This document shows, piece after piece, positions 41,469 to 50,877 of a stretch of DNA of 64,000 bases. The notes under the pieces were generated by a model. That model was not told the origin of the DNA. It searched no databases and was given only the letters and a program-made list of their open reading frames with translations. The translations under genes were made by a program, and so were the position numbers. Position 1 is the stretch's first letter. Each line of letters opens with the position of its first letter. Origin of the DNA: Vulcanisaeta sp. AZ3 (GTDB taxonomy: Archaea > Thermoproteota > Thermoprotei > Thermoproteales > Thermocladiaceae); NCBI GenBank assembly GCA_000960865.2, contig JZWU02000004.1, forward strand, positions 10,200 to 74,199. Reading direction: 5' to 3'.

Positions 41469-42971
41469 ATGCTTAAAGGGCTTATAATCAACATACTAGG
41501 TCCTGTTAACCTACCTGACTTTCCCAGGGAATTCCACGATGTAATGGTTAAGTTCGGGGTTTTTAAGGTATTCATTGGTGGTTCTTGGATAGACTTTGGT
41601 AACTACATGCCTGTTAAGTCGCCGATAAATAATGAAGTTATCGCCCAGGTGAACAAACTAGAGCCTGAGCATGTTGATTCAGCGGTTGAAAAGCTTCATG
41701 AATCCTGGAGTTCTCTCAAGGGTATCCCAGCCCATAGGAGGGCTGATATGTTGGTGAAGGTTGCGGATTTCATAAGTGAGTATAAGGATTTATTCCGTGA
41801 CATACTGATTATTGAGGGAGGTAAGCCAATCAATGAGGCTGAGGGTGAGGTTCAATCAACAATAACAAGATTAAGAATGGTGCATCAAGACTTGGGTAGA
41901 TTATTAGATGTTGGAATACCTGGTGAGTTTGGTGCTGGTACTGAGAATAAGTATGCAGTTGTTGTTAGGGAGCCTGTGGGTGTAGTTGCTGCAATAGCCC
42001 CATTCAATTACCCGTTGTTCACGCCAATGGTTAAGATAGCCACTGCATTACTGGCGGGTAACCCAGTGATACTCAAGCCCTCCAGTTACACACCAATTAT
42101 TGGTATTCTCATGGCAAAGGCTATTGAGTATGCAGGGTTAGGCAACTACTTTGCCTTGGTAACAGGGCCTGGGGCAAGTGTCGGTGATGCCTTAGTAACA
42201 CATCCATTAGTTAGGGCAATATCCCTAACCGGTAGTACAGATACAGGGCTTAGGGTTCTCAGGATGGCAGGCTTAAAGAAGGTTCAGCTTGAGCTTGGGG
42301 GTAAGGCACCAGCCATAGTCCTCGAGGACGCAGACCTAAGGCTAGCCGCCAATAAAATAGTCACAGGTTCTCTTAGATTATCTGGACAGAGGTGTGACGC
42401 AATTAGTAGGGTAATAGCGGTTGATGACGTTGCCGACGAGTTAAGTGAGTTAATTGTTAAGGAGGTGGAGAGGTGGCGTATTGGTGATCCAAGGGATCCA
42501 AAGGTTAGTATGGGTCCATTAATAAGCGTTAATGCTGCAGAGAGGGTCTCTTCAATGATTGATGACGCGCTTGCTAAAGGTGGTAAGTTAATCTACGGCG
42601 GTAACTACTGGTTAACTTATCACGAGGCTTCTGTGATCGACCACGTAGATAGAAAGGCCAGGCTTGCAGTTGAGGAGACCTTTGGCCCCGCAATACCAAT
42701 AATTAGGGTTAAGAATGTTGAGGAGGCCATTCAAGTGGCTAATGAGGTTAGGTATGGTTTAGATGCCGCAATCTTCGGCAAGGATTTAGCCGCATTATGG
42801 CGTGTCGCTAGGTCTCTTGAGGTTGGTGAGGTTACATTTAATGATTTTCCGAGGCATGGTCTTGGCCTATTCCCATTTGGTGGTGTTAAGGATTCTGGAG
42901 TTGGTCGTGAGGGTGTTGGATTTTCTATTGAAGATTTTACTGAGTTAAAGACTATAGTAATGACGTATTAG
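41469..42971 (+). CDS. Aldehyde dehydrogenase, non-phosphorylating GAPDH (GAPN)-like
   Basis: PFNYP, TGST, LELGGK, GQRCDAI, FPRHGLG and PFGG motifs resemble Thermoproteus GAPN. Confidence 0.85.
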   Translation: MLKGLIINILGPVNLPDFPREFHDVMVKFGVFKVFIGGSWIDFGNYMPVKSPINNEVIAQVNKLEPEHVDSAVEKLHESWSSLKGIPAHRRADMLVKVADFISEYKDLFRDILIIEGGKPINEAEGEVQSTITRLRMVHQDLGRLLDVGIPGEFGAGTENKYAVVVREPVGVVAAIAPFNYPLFTPMVKIATALLAGNPVILKPSSYTPIIGILMAKAIEYAGLGNYFALVTGPGASVGDALVTHPLVRAISLTGSTDTGLRVLRMAGLKKVQLELGGKAPAIVLEDADLRLAANKIVTGSLRLSGQRCDAISRVIAVDDVADELSELIVKEVERWRIGDPRDPKVSMGPLISVNAAERVSSMIDDALAKGGKLIYGGNYWLTYHEASVIDHVDRKARLAVEETFGPAIPIIRVKNVEEAIQVANEVRYGLDAAIFGKDLAALWRVARSLEVGEVTFNDFPRHGLGLFPFGGVKDSGVGREGVGFSIEDFTELKTIVMTY

Positions 42972-42972
42972 T

Positions 42973-43020
42973 TCAGTCCCTGACCCACCAATCACCAGAT
43001 CAGTTGCCTTACTTCATCAT
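42973..43020 (-). ncRNA. C/D-box sRNA
   Basis: Minus strand ATGATGA(C)-AGTAAGGCAA-CTGA(D')-TCTG-GTGATTG(C'-like)-GTGGGTCAGGGA-CTGA(D); intergenic; TTTTAAA about 28 nt upstream. Confidence 0.85.
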
Positions 43021-43060
43021 TTAATGATTCTCTTCTCGAGTCAAGGATTTAAAAATAATT

Positions 43061-43756
43061 TTGCATGGTGATAATGTGGAGAGGCTTGCCAAGTCGTTAA
43101 TTGCGTTATCTAAGGAGGGTGTATTCTCGAGAGAGTCTCTTGAGGAGTTAAGCGGTTTCAAGGGATCTTTAATTGATTACTTTCTAGATAGTTTGTTGAG
43201 TGAGGGGGTCTTGGTTAAGGTAGGTGATGGCTATAAATCAAGCTTACCGCCTCATAGATTAATTAAGTACTTCATGGAAAAAGGGCTAAATGTTGATCTT
43301 GAGGAATTAAGTGGTCTACTTCCATGGGATGAGTTTGAGGCCTTAATAAGGCTTATCTTCGAGGAGTGGGGATTCCGCGTGGTTAGTAGGTTGAGGGTTC
43401 CTGCGATGGGGACTAGAGTGGAGTTTGATGTAATTGCCTTCAAGGAGCCCAGGGTATTACTAATAGAGGCTAAACGTTGGAGGAGAATTTCCTCAAGTAT
43501 ATCTATGATAGTTGAGAAGCATTTGAAAAAGGTTGAGCTGGTTTCTAGGAAACCAGAAGTACTCATGAATAGGTTAGGTGTCAGATGGGGCGAAGCGTTA
43601 CTAATACCCATCATCGTTACTTGGCATAAGATTGCGATGCAAGTGATTGATGGAATGCCAATAGTCAGTATTTATCAAGTGAATTCCTTCATAATGGAGC
43701 TTGATGCTATTATTGATAGAATAAGGATTTTCAAGGTCTCCTGGAGTCGCCTTTAA
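43061..43756 (+). CDS. PD-(D/E)XK nuclease (Mrr/NERD-like) with probable N-terminal winged helix
   Basis: WDEFE…GF, VEFDVIA, LLIEAKRW. Confidence 0.8.
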   Translation: MHGDNVERLAKSLIALSKEGVFSRESLEELSGFKGSLIDYFLDSLLSEGVLVKVGDGYKSSLPPHRLIKYFMEKGLNVDLEELSGLLPWDEFEALIRLIFEEWGFRVVSRLRVPAMGTRVEFDVIAFKEPRVLLIEAKRWRRISSSISMIVEKHLKKVELVSRKPEVLMNRLGVRWGEALLIPIIVTWHKIAMQVIDGMPIVSIYQVNSFIMELDAIIDRIRIFKVSWSRL

Positions 43757-43904
43757 TCCTACTAATTCTTGCATAGCAGTCTGGGCATGCGTAGACCTTA
43801 AACACCATACCTAACTCCCTAACCTCATAATCAACGATGTAGTATTCTCTAACCCTCCTCAGACAGAAGAAGCATATAACACCCTTATTACTGGTTCTCT
43901 TCAT
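43731..43904 (-). CDS. Small Cys4 zinc-finger protein (57 aa; below the ORF-track cutoff)
   Basis: MKRTSNKGVICFFCLRRVREYYIVDYEVRELGMVFKVYACPDCYARISRIKGDSRRP*; its ATG overlaps the upstream gene's stop (TAATG). Confidence 0.75.
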   Translation of the reverse strand: MKRTSNKGVICFFCLRRVREYYIVDYEVRELGMVFKVYACPDCYARISRIKGDSRRP

Positions 43905-44518
43905 TATTCAGAACGTTCAGTCTCCTCCTCACTCTTAAGTATAACTGTCATATTAGTCAATTGGTCAATATCTAAATATTGATCATCCACTAACTGAGGT
44001 TCTCTGTACAACCACATGCCTGCGATAAGTAATATTGTGCTTATTAAATACATTACTGATGCAAAACCCACATAGGCATTAATACCCACTAACATGTATA
44101 CATTAACGTTTGTTAGATAACCATCAGATATGTATATGGGTGTTGGTATAGGCAATGCGAATATTAAGGATAAGGCAAGCATTAGTATGGTTCCTAGTAA
44201 AAACGGATCCGATAAGTTCATAGTAATGCTCCTTCTCACTATGAATAGTGCTATGGATACAACCATCCCTATAAATACGAACAATGGAGATAGATAATTA
44301 ATCATATTAATAAATCCTGAATATCCCCTAGCCTGTATTAACCTTAATGCACCATTTATGTTGCTAATGATTAAGGTTGTGCCTGGTGTTATATTAACCA
44401 TTGTGTTAAGATTTGATAATGCTGAGTTGCTAATTATCATCGGTATCGTTATTCTAATACTTGACATTATGAGAATTACTAGGCCAATCACCACAAATGC
44501 AATTGCCACTTTCTTCAT
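43904..44518 (-). CDS. Hypothetical membrane protein (about 4 TM helices)
   Basis: Hydrophobic segments, acidic C-terminal tail. Confidence 0.75.
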   Translation of the reverse strand: MKKVAIAFVVIGLVILIMSSIRITIPMIISNSALSNLNTMVNITPGTTLIISNINGALRLIQARGYSGFINMINYLSPLFVFIGMVVSIALFIVRRSITMNLSDPFLLGTILMLALSLIFALPIPTPIYISDGYLTNVNVYMLVGINAYVGFASVMYLISTILLIAGMWLYREPQLVDDQYLDIDQLTNMTVILKSEEETERSE

Positions 44519-44541
44519 TATTAATCATTGAATAGGGTATA

Positions 44542-45453
44542 TTATAAGGTTTTAAGGTTTTCTTTATCGAAATTATTAATCTCGGTTTTCATAATTTTAC
44601 TTTTAATAGCGCCCTTTAATTCATAGATTAATGAGTAATCACCATCCATAACCCTCCTAACATTTTCAATCAATGAGTCAATCGGATTCTTAACTAATGA
44701 CTTTTCAAGCAATTTCCTATCAGTATCTAGATGCCTTATTACATTTGCTGGGTCTGCAGATATCGTTGTAAAGTCATAGATGCGAGGTATGGGGATTGCC
44801 GATAGTTTAGTAGACCAATGGAGTGAATATGGGATCCTAAACATCTTAACCTTAAGCATTGTGTTACCGCCTATTAATGCCTCATCGCCAAGCGCCTGAT
44901 ATAGCTCGTTTGACTTAATACTCCTGATAACAGCATCACTAATTATATTTATCAAGACTCTCAGCTCCTCGGCACTAATTCCGCCGGAAAGAAACGCCAT
45001 TATCTTAAAGCCATTCATACCATCAAAAAACACAAGGCTATTCATAAGCCCCAGGTACTCAAGTGCAGTACGTATTGCACTGGTTATCAAGTCCATGAGT
45101 TCCAACCCCCTATTAATAATCCAAGCCTTCCTACTACCCTTCACATCAATTATTACTGTGTCTGCATCCTTAGCGGTGGCACTACTCACAGAGGCCATGA
45201 AATCAATACCGCCTATCTTAACGAACCTTAGCAATTCGTTCTTATCACTAATTATTATCGGTAATTTGCTGCCATCCTCATGCTTAATTCTGGTCATTAC
45301 GGTTATAGAATCACCAGTCTGCCTAATTATGGTAATTCTTCTACCAATTAGAAAGTTCATCATTAAGTCGCCAACAATATCGTAATACTTAAGCGGCCTA
45401 ACCGAGGGCTTAGGTACTATTGGGATTAACTTCCTGGGCATTATCATCACCAA
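44542..45453 (-). CDS. Archaeo-eukaryotic primase (AEP/LigD-Pol)-like protein with degenerate catalytic motifs
   Basis: IIDVKG where motif I is expected, FFDGMNGFKI where motif II is expected, RIPYSLHWST. Confidence 0.6.
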   Translation of the reverse strand: MVMIMPRKLIPIVPKPSVRPLKYYDIVGDLMMNFLIGRRITIIRQTGDSITVMTRIKHEDGSKLPIIISDKNELLRFVKIGGIDFMASVSSATAKDADTVIIDVKGSRKAWIINRGLELMDLITSAIRTALEYLGLMNSLVFFDGMNGFKIMAFLSGGISAEELRVLINIISDAVIRSIKSNELYQALGDEALIGGNTMLKVKMFRIPYSLHWSTKLSAIPIPRIYDFTTISADPANVIRHLDTDRKLLEKSLVKNPIDSLIENVRRVMDGDYSLIYELKGAIKSKIMKTEINNFDKENLKTL

Positions 45454-46234
45454 TGGGCTTGTAGTAATAGGTTAATTTACCGAGTATCCAATCTCTAATT
45501 ATAGTTATTGCAGCATTCCTAATACTTACCTTACCACCCTTTAATAATAAACCCCTCCTCTTGCCAACTAACTCAAGCAATTCCAACGGATCGTCTGAAT
45601 CAACACCATACCTATCCATAAAAGCCCTAGGATTGAAGCCCTTAATCCTCATTATTAACTTTATTGCTGATGGCACAGGATCCTCAAGCTTTGAAGGATC
45701 CACAACACCCTTTATAATGAGCAAAGCATCATCCTTAGCCTCCTCAGGTTGAATGACTCCAGGCGTGTCTACAACAATGAGCCACTGCTTAGCCTTAACT
45801 AATTGCTCACCAATAGTCCAACCAGGCACTGGGCTAGTCTCCGCTACGTGTCTCCCCTTTAAGTAATTAATTATTGTTGATTTGCCCACATTTGGGTATC
45901 CAACTACCGAAACCCTCACGGGTAACCTAGGGGCATACTGTTTAATCTTTATTATTAGCTTTCTCGTGCCAAGCCTATCCTTAGCACTTATGAATACGGT
46001 TGGATAATTCCTCTCGAGAAAGTTCTTCCACTCCCTAAGTATCTCAATTGGGACTAAATCTGCTTTATTAATGACTATGAGGAGAGGCTTACCTAACCTA
46101 TTCACCAGTTCCTCTAATCTCTTATTCCTAGTTTCCAACGGATCTCTTGCATCCACAACCTCAAGTACCAAATCGCTCATCTCAAGCACTCTCCTAACTC
46201 GGAACCAAGCTTCTCTCCGGCTGACTCTACTCAT
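45410..46234 (-). CDS. Circularly permuted ribosome-biogenesis GTPase (YlqF/RbgA family)
   Basis: VDARDP, NKADL, SAK, GYPNVGKST, DTPG in G4-G5-G1-G2-G3 order. Confidence 0.93.
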   Translation of the reverse strand: MSRVSRREAWFRVRRVLEMSDLVLEVVDARDPLETRNKRLEELVNRLGKPLLIVINKADLVPIEILREWKNFLERNYPTVFISAKDRLGTRKLIIKIKQYAPRLPVRVSVVGYPNVGKSTIINYLKGRHVAETSPVPGWTIGEQLVKAKQWLIVVDTPGVIQPEEAKDDALLIIKGVVDPSKLEDPVPSAIKLIMRIKGFNPRAFMDRYGVDSDDPLELLELVGKRRGLLLKGGKVSIRNAAITIIRDWILGKLTYYYKPIGDDNAQEVNPNST

Positions 46235-46289
46235 AATCTTATCTGTTGCTTGTAATAATGTTTATAAATATAAAACGTTATTCATATGC

Positions 46290-46910
46290 GTGGCCTTTGA
46301 AAGGCCCATTCCATCGAGACTCACGTTATTAAGACTTAGGAATCAAGAGAGGTTTTACAGAGGTATTAGGAAGACTGTTGAGGATGCCCGCAATGCAACA
46401 ATACAGAGAATTAGGGCAATAATACCAAAACTTGAGTCTGCTAGGAAGGGTGTTTATGAAGAGTTAAGTAAAACTTCATTACTACTTAAGGCAGCAGTTT
46501 CTAAGATGGGCATTGAGGATTATGGAAAGTTAAGTGAGTTAGTTAGACCTACGGTGAATGCAGAGTTCGTAGATATAACAATGGAGGGCTTGAAGTTCAG
46601 AGGTTTAGAGTTTAGGGATATTGTGAGTCCTAACTACGGAATATTCGCAATACCACCTGAGCTAGATAGTGCTTTGTATGGTATTTACAGTAATTTCAGA
46701 ATTATTACAGAAATGATGAACTTAGAAACTCTATTTTACACATTGCTGGCTAGGGTTAGGGAATATCAGAGGATGGTTAATGCAATAGATAACGTCCTTT
46801 TGCCAAGGATAATAGATAATGCTAATTTTGTCAGGTTAAAACTAGATGAAGATGAACGTGAGGAATTCGTAAGGAGAATAATAATCAATAAACTACTCGG
46901 TACTGGGTAA
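46290..46910 (+). CDS. atpD: A/V-type ATP synthase subunit D (likely GTG at 46290)
   Basis: PSRLTLLRLR N-terminus; QRMVNAIDNVLLP…LDEDEREEFVR C-terminus; TTTATAAA at 46261. Confidence 0.8.
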   Translation: MAFERPIPSRLTLLRLRNQERFYRGIRKTVEDARNATIQRIRAIIPKLESARKGVYEELSKTSLLLKAAVSKMGIEDYGKLSELVRPTVNAEFVDITMEGLKFRGLEFRDIVSPNYGIFAIPPELDSALYGIYSNFRIITEMMNLETLFYTLLARVREYQRMVNAIDNVLLPRIIDNANFVRLKLDEDEREEFVRRIIINKLLGTG

Positions 46911-46950
46911 AAAGGTAAGATTTAAGTAAACAGCTGTTACCTTAATGATA

Positions 46951-47000
46951 GTGACGAGAGGAGGGATGTGCAGATCGATGAAGATGGATTTGAACGCAGA
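46951..47000 (+). ncRNA. C/D-box sRNA; D guide complementary to the tRNA T-loop (predicted Cm56 guide)
   Basis: GTGACGA(C)-GAGGAGGGATGTG-CAGA(D')-TCG-ATGAAGA(C')-TGGATTTGAACG-CAGA(D); TATA-like TTTAAG at 46921. Confidence 0.82.
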
Positions 47001-47024
47001 TTAATTAAGAACCCTCCTAATACC

Positions 47025-47594
47025 CTACGAAATTAGGTTCTTTATGAATTTACTGAAGTATATTATCTCGAGATATTCTAGGTTGGCAGCTATGAAAAGT
47101 AGAACCACAGATATTGCGTAGTAAATCAATAATGTTATTAAATCGTTCTTACTAATCGAACCCTTATTGCGTAATGCTCTGAATAATTTTAGGGTGAATG
47201 TGATGGAGCCCGTTGTTGAGAATGCGTAGGCGAGTAACTCAATTATGCCATGAGGAAAAAATAGGGTGACTAATAATGCGGATATTAATACTAATGGTGA
47301 ACTAACTGTGTAAGCTATGTCAACACCCAATATAAATCCAGTTGTTGTCAGAGAGATTATGAAAGCAACAGGACCGATCACCGGTACTGCCATTAAGGTG
47401 TCTATCTCCAGGTTATGGAGGAAGATGCCATTAGGACCTAATTTTACAGCACTCAATAATTCATTCTTTATTACATTAATGGTTGACTGACTTATTAAGC
47501 GAGGGCCAATATAGAAGCCAATTATTGATAAAATAACCATAATTACAAGCTCAAGCATATACACAATAAAGACGTTCTTAATACTAATATTCAT
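47025..47594 (-). CDS. SpoIIM/DUF95-family membrane protein
   Basis: IFLHNL and PHGIIEL motifs, C-terminal AANLE. Confidence 0.85.
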   Translation of the reverse strand: MNISIKNVFIVYMLELVIMVILSIIGFYIGPRLISQSTINVIKNELLSAVKLGPNGIFLHNLEIDTLMAVPVIGPVAFIISLTTTGFILGVDIAYTVSSPLVLISALLVTLFFPHGIIELLAYAFSTTGSITFTLKLFRALRNKGSISKNDLITLLIYYAISVVLLFIAANLEYLEIIYFSKFIKNLIS

Positions 47595-47605
47595 GTACTT
47601 ACCAC

Positions 47606-48484
47606 CTAACCGTTAATGTTTTGATACATGAACCTCTGCGTTGCTAGATTATTCACGAACGTGGAAAGCTGTGTAGGTGTATACGTATCATCATAAGCCC
47701 CGCTCACTGAGTTATAACCTAGTATAAACACTACCGGTGAGTTAACAGATGAGGTACCTAATGGCGCTTGCGTGTAAAATGGTTGTACATAATATGCATT
47801 AAGTATGACACCAACACTGGTTTGATACTTCGTAATGATATTCTCATATTTGTTCACACAATTTGTTACGTTCATATTTATACTCATTTGATTCAGCATA
47901 TTTTGTATTAAGGTTGTACTTGTTAGGCTTGCTACTTTAGTGGCATTGGAACCCACATAGGAAGCTACCTCCCTTAGGAATAATAATGCATTATCCTTAT
48001 TTGTTGAATTATAGTATAGGCAATATGCCACAGACGCTACATTAGTCTCTGCAAGGGTCATTGGAGATGAACCAGTACCCATAAATGAGAATAGGTTGAA
48101 GGCTATTTCATACTGCACAAGGCCTGACTTTGTTGAATTTAGCATGTAGTTTATGTTTGATAGCGTGAAGTTAGTGCCAGGCGGCATGATTGGATTGTAT
48201 ATTATTAGTACTTTGATGGGTGCTGTATTCGGTCCATAAACGAGACTATAGTTGGTGAATAATTTATATATTGATGATGCATTTAGTAATTGAAAGTATG
48301 GAGGCCACGCAATAATATTCACCTGATAAGAGCCTATGCCCAGCGGCAATGTTATTATCGTTGTGCCTCTATGTAATGTTGTTGGCGGTGCTACAACCTT
48401 AACAAGTATGAAATATGTAACTACAGCAGCTAGTGCAATTACTAAGGCCAGTATTGTCATCCCAATTACCTTATTAACATCCAT
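47606..48484 (-). CDS. Membrane-anchored extracellular protein, probable DsbA/thioredoxin-like fold lacking CxxC
   Basis: N-terminal TM helix, [16 protein letters not shown], multiple N-x-S/T sequons. Confidence 0.6.
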   Translation of the reverse strand: MDVNKVIGMTILALVIALAAVVTYFILVKVVAPPTTLHRGTTIITLPLGIGSYQVNIIAWPPYFQLLNASSIYKLFTNYSLVYGPNTAPIKVLIIYNPIMPPGTNFTLSNINYMLNSTKSGLVQYEIAFNLFSFMGTGSSPMTLAETNVASVAYCLYYNSTNKDNALLFLREVASYVGSNATKVASLTSTTLIQNMLNQMSINMNVTNCVNKYENIITKYQTSVGVILNAYYVQPFYTQAPLGTSSVNSPVVFILGYNSVSGAYDDTYTPTQLSTFVNNLATQRFMYQNING

Positions 48485-48577
48485 ACCTATGCTCTCCGTA
48501 CATTAAGCGATCACTTTATTAAGGATTACTCACGCTCACCCACACCCTCTAGATCATTAGAGAAATGTTTAAATTAC

Positions 48578-48811
48578 ATGCGATTCCACGAATTACCAAT
48601 GGCAATATCCAGAGTTGAGAGACCGAAGCCTGCGCTGTATGGACCAAACGTACCAGTGTGCACTTCATGCGGTAAGCCCATTAAACCCTATGAGAGGGCT
48701 ACTCACTTCTTATGCCCGAACTGTGGTAAGGCAGAGATCTGGAGGTGCGAGCATTGCAGGAGGACTGGCAATCCATATAGATGCCCAGTCTGTGGTTTTG
48801 AGGGACCTTAA
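48578..48811 (+). CDS. Double zinc-ribbon protein (DUF1610/COG2888 type)
   Basis: [25 protein letters not shown]. Confidence 0.9.
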   Translation: MRFHELPMAISRVERPKPALYGPNVPVCTSCGKPIKPYERATHFLCPNCGKAEIWRCEHCRRTGNPYRCPVCGFEGP

Positions 48812-48842
48812 TTCATTTAAATCATCAAATGAGTTACATACC

Positions 48843-49250
48843 TTAGCGATTAAGGTGGGAAGATTTATCGTTCTTCCAATCGCTGAATGGTCTTGGAAAT
48901 AACTCCTTAAGGCTATGTTTAATGACTTGATCATTATGAATGATTATAACCTCCTCAACACCAAACTCGCTCATTACTTGTAGACAAGCACCACAGGGAT
49001 ATATTGGTTTATCAAGATTTGATGTTAAGACCACAGTCTTGATCTTTCTCTCACCATTTGATACGGCGTTGAAGATTGCAACTCTCTCGGCACATATTGT
49101 TAATCCCAGCGATGCGTTTTCCACATTAACACCGCGATAAACCTTACCCTCTGGTGTTATTGCTAGAGCACTAACTTTAATGTTACTGTACGGTGCATAT
49201 GAGTACCTTAACCCATCCTTAACAATCTCAATCCACTCCTTCGGTATCAT
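48843..49250 (-). CDS. cdd: Cytidine deaminase
   Basis: YAPYS, NVENAS, CAERVA, PCGACLQ. Confidence 0.93.
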   Translation of the reverse strand: MIPKEWIEIVKDGLRYSYAPYSNIKVSALAITPEGKVYRGVNVENASLGLTICAERVAIFNAVSNGERKIKTVVLTSNLDKPIYPCGACLQVMSEFGVEEVIIIHNDQVIKHSLKELFPRPFSDWKNDKSSHLNR

Positions 49251-49368
49251 TAATTCCTAGATATCTCATCTCTTCATTTAAGCCTTTGACTACTTTGGGA
49301 GACCTCCCACGTAATTTTTAGCAATGCTTTAAATACTCCATCCTTCGTATTATGATTGGTGATATGGT

Positions 49369-50034
49369 TTGAAGAAGGCCATAATAATTAGTGCGAATAA
49401 TGTTAGTATTGAAGTAGCTAGGATACTCAGTAATAATGATTATGAGGTTTCAATAGTCGATAATGATGAACAATTATGTGAGAAAGCCTACAAGGTTCTT
49501 AAGTCGAAGGCGCTAATTTATAGGGGAGATCCTCGAAGTGCTGATGTACTTAATGATGTTGGTATTGATAAAGCAGAGATTTTATTAGCGCTTTCGAGTA
49601 ATGATGATATAAATTACGAAGCCTGTAAGATCGCCAAAGAGAGTGGTGTTCCTTTTGTGATTGCTAGGGTCAATGACAAGAGTAAAGAGGATTTATTTAA
49701 GGAGTTAAATGTAGAGGTAATAAGTGTTGAGGACATTATTACAAGTAAAATTGGGGACCAAGTGCTTAGTAAATTCACGGAACAGCTACTTACAGATCAA
49801 TCTTCAGGACTTTCCTTCGTAAAGATAAGGATTAGGGAGAACTCAGAGGTCATAGGTTTAAAGGTAGGAGATTTAGTGAGCACCTATGATGTTGCAATAC
49901 CATACATAGTAACTTCTGGTGGTGTCATTAAGCCTGACAATGAGCATGTAATTGAGAGTAACATGGAACTCGTTGTCGTAGGCCCCCTGGACCATGTTGA
50001 AAACTTAATTAAGAGAATAATCGGTGAAGCATGA
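49369..50034 (+). CDS. TrkA-family (RCK N+C) regulatory protein
   Basis: GD, DDIN, IARV motifs plus a C-terminal TrkA-C-like domain; GxGxxG degenerate. Confidence 0.8.
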   Translation: MKKAIIISANNVSIEVARILSNNDYEVSIVDNDEQLCEKAYKVLKSKALIYRGDPRSADVLNDVGIDKAEILLALSSNDDINYEACKIAKESGVPFVIARVNDKSKEDLFKELNVEVISVEDIITSKIGDQVLSKFTEQLLTDQSSGLSFVKIRIRENSEVIGLKVGDLVSTYDVAIPYIVTSGGVIKPDNEHVIESNMELVVVGPLDHVENLIKRIIGEA

Positions 50035-50035
50035 A

Positions 50036-50824
50036 CTATTCATTATTCTCAACACTACCATACCTTTCCTTATTTTTCGCGAATAATTCAAAGGCCTTAT
50101 TAAGTATGGAATACTTAACGTCGTCAATAGTTCTTAAATCTTTATATATACCCCTCGCAATTAATTCCACATACTTATCCTCAATGGCTGCAATATCAAC
50201 ATGCGGATCCTCAATACCTTGATCCTTCATGTACTCATTTAATTCCTCACGTAAATCATCAATGAGCACGCCATCCTTAGGTACCTTAAACGGGATCCTA
50301 ACCTCAATACCTTCGGTAGGTGATACCTTCCTAATCATGTTCTTCATAAGTAGGGTATACGGTACATAAATAAGTTCATTACGTGAGTTCCTAATCACTA
50401 GTCCTAGTGATGTTTGTTTAATCACGTAACCCTTAATGCCCATGACCTCTACATGATCACCAATATCCAATGAGTAATCCCTAATGAGCCTACTTATCTT
50501 ACCTGTAAAATACTCCTCAATTATTGGTCTCATACCTATTATTAAAATGACAGCAACAATTATGAGCAGGGCACCAACAATTAAATATTGCCCATACACA
50601 TAGGCTATGGCTGATAATATAATTACAGCCAATATAATTCTAAAAATAAACCTCGCATTCTCAACATCACCCTTCCTACTAAGTTTAATGAAGACCTTAA
50701 TTATCCTACCAAAGACATAATCAAGTAGAAAATATATCGCAATCGCCGTAATTATCACAATTAAGGCAGTCTCTATCGAGTAAAGGATACCTCCAGGAAT
50801 CAAGCCATTAATCTCGATAATCAT
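50036..50824 (-). CDS. Small-conductance mechanosensitive channel (MscS family)
   Basis: 3 TM helices, IGDHVEV..IKG, YVPY. Confidence 0.82.
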   Translation of the reverse strand: MIIEINGLIPGGILYSIETALIVIITAIAIYFLLDYVFGRIIKVFIKLSRKGDVENARFIFRIILAVIILSAIAYVYGQYLIVGALLIIVAVILIIGMRPIIEEYFTGKISRLIRDYSLDIGDHVEVMGIKGYVIKQTSLGLVIRNSRNELIYVPYTLLMKNMIRKVSPTEGIEVRIPFKVPKDGVLIDDLREELNEYMKDQGIEDPHVDIAAIEDKYVELIARGIYKDLRTIDDVKYSILNKAFELFAKNKERYGSVENNE

Positions 50825-50877
50825 ATGTTACTAAACCATATGGCTACAATCTCTTTAAAAACCTAAATTAACTTAAG

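Noticed and set aside
46071-46289. 73-aa N-terminal extension of atpD in the ORF track
   Set aside because: Overlaps the opposite-strand GTPase gene; the TATA at 46261 supports GTG at 46290.
46985-46996. Reverse-strand GTTCAAATCC suggesting a tRNA gene
   Set aside because: No T-stem, acceptor, D or anticodon arm around it; better explained as a C/D guide on the + strand.
49296-49309. TGGGA-GACC-TCCCA palindrome between cdd and the trkA-like gene
   Set aside because: Single site with 5-bp arms and no second copy seen.
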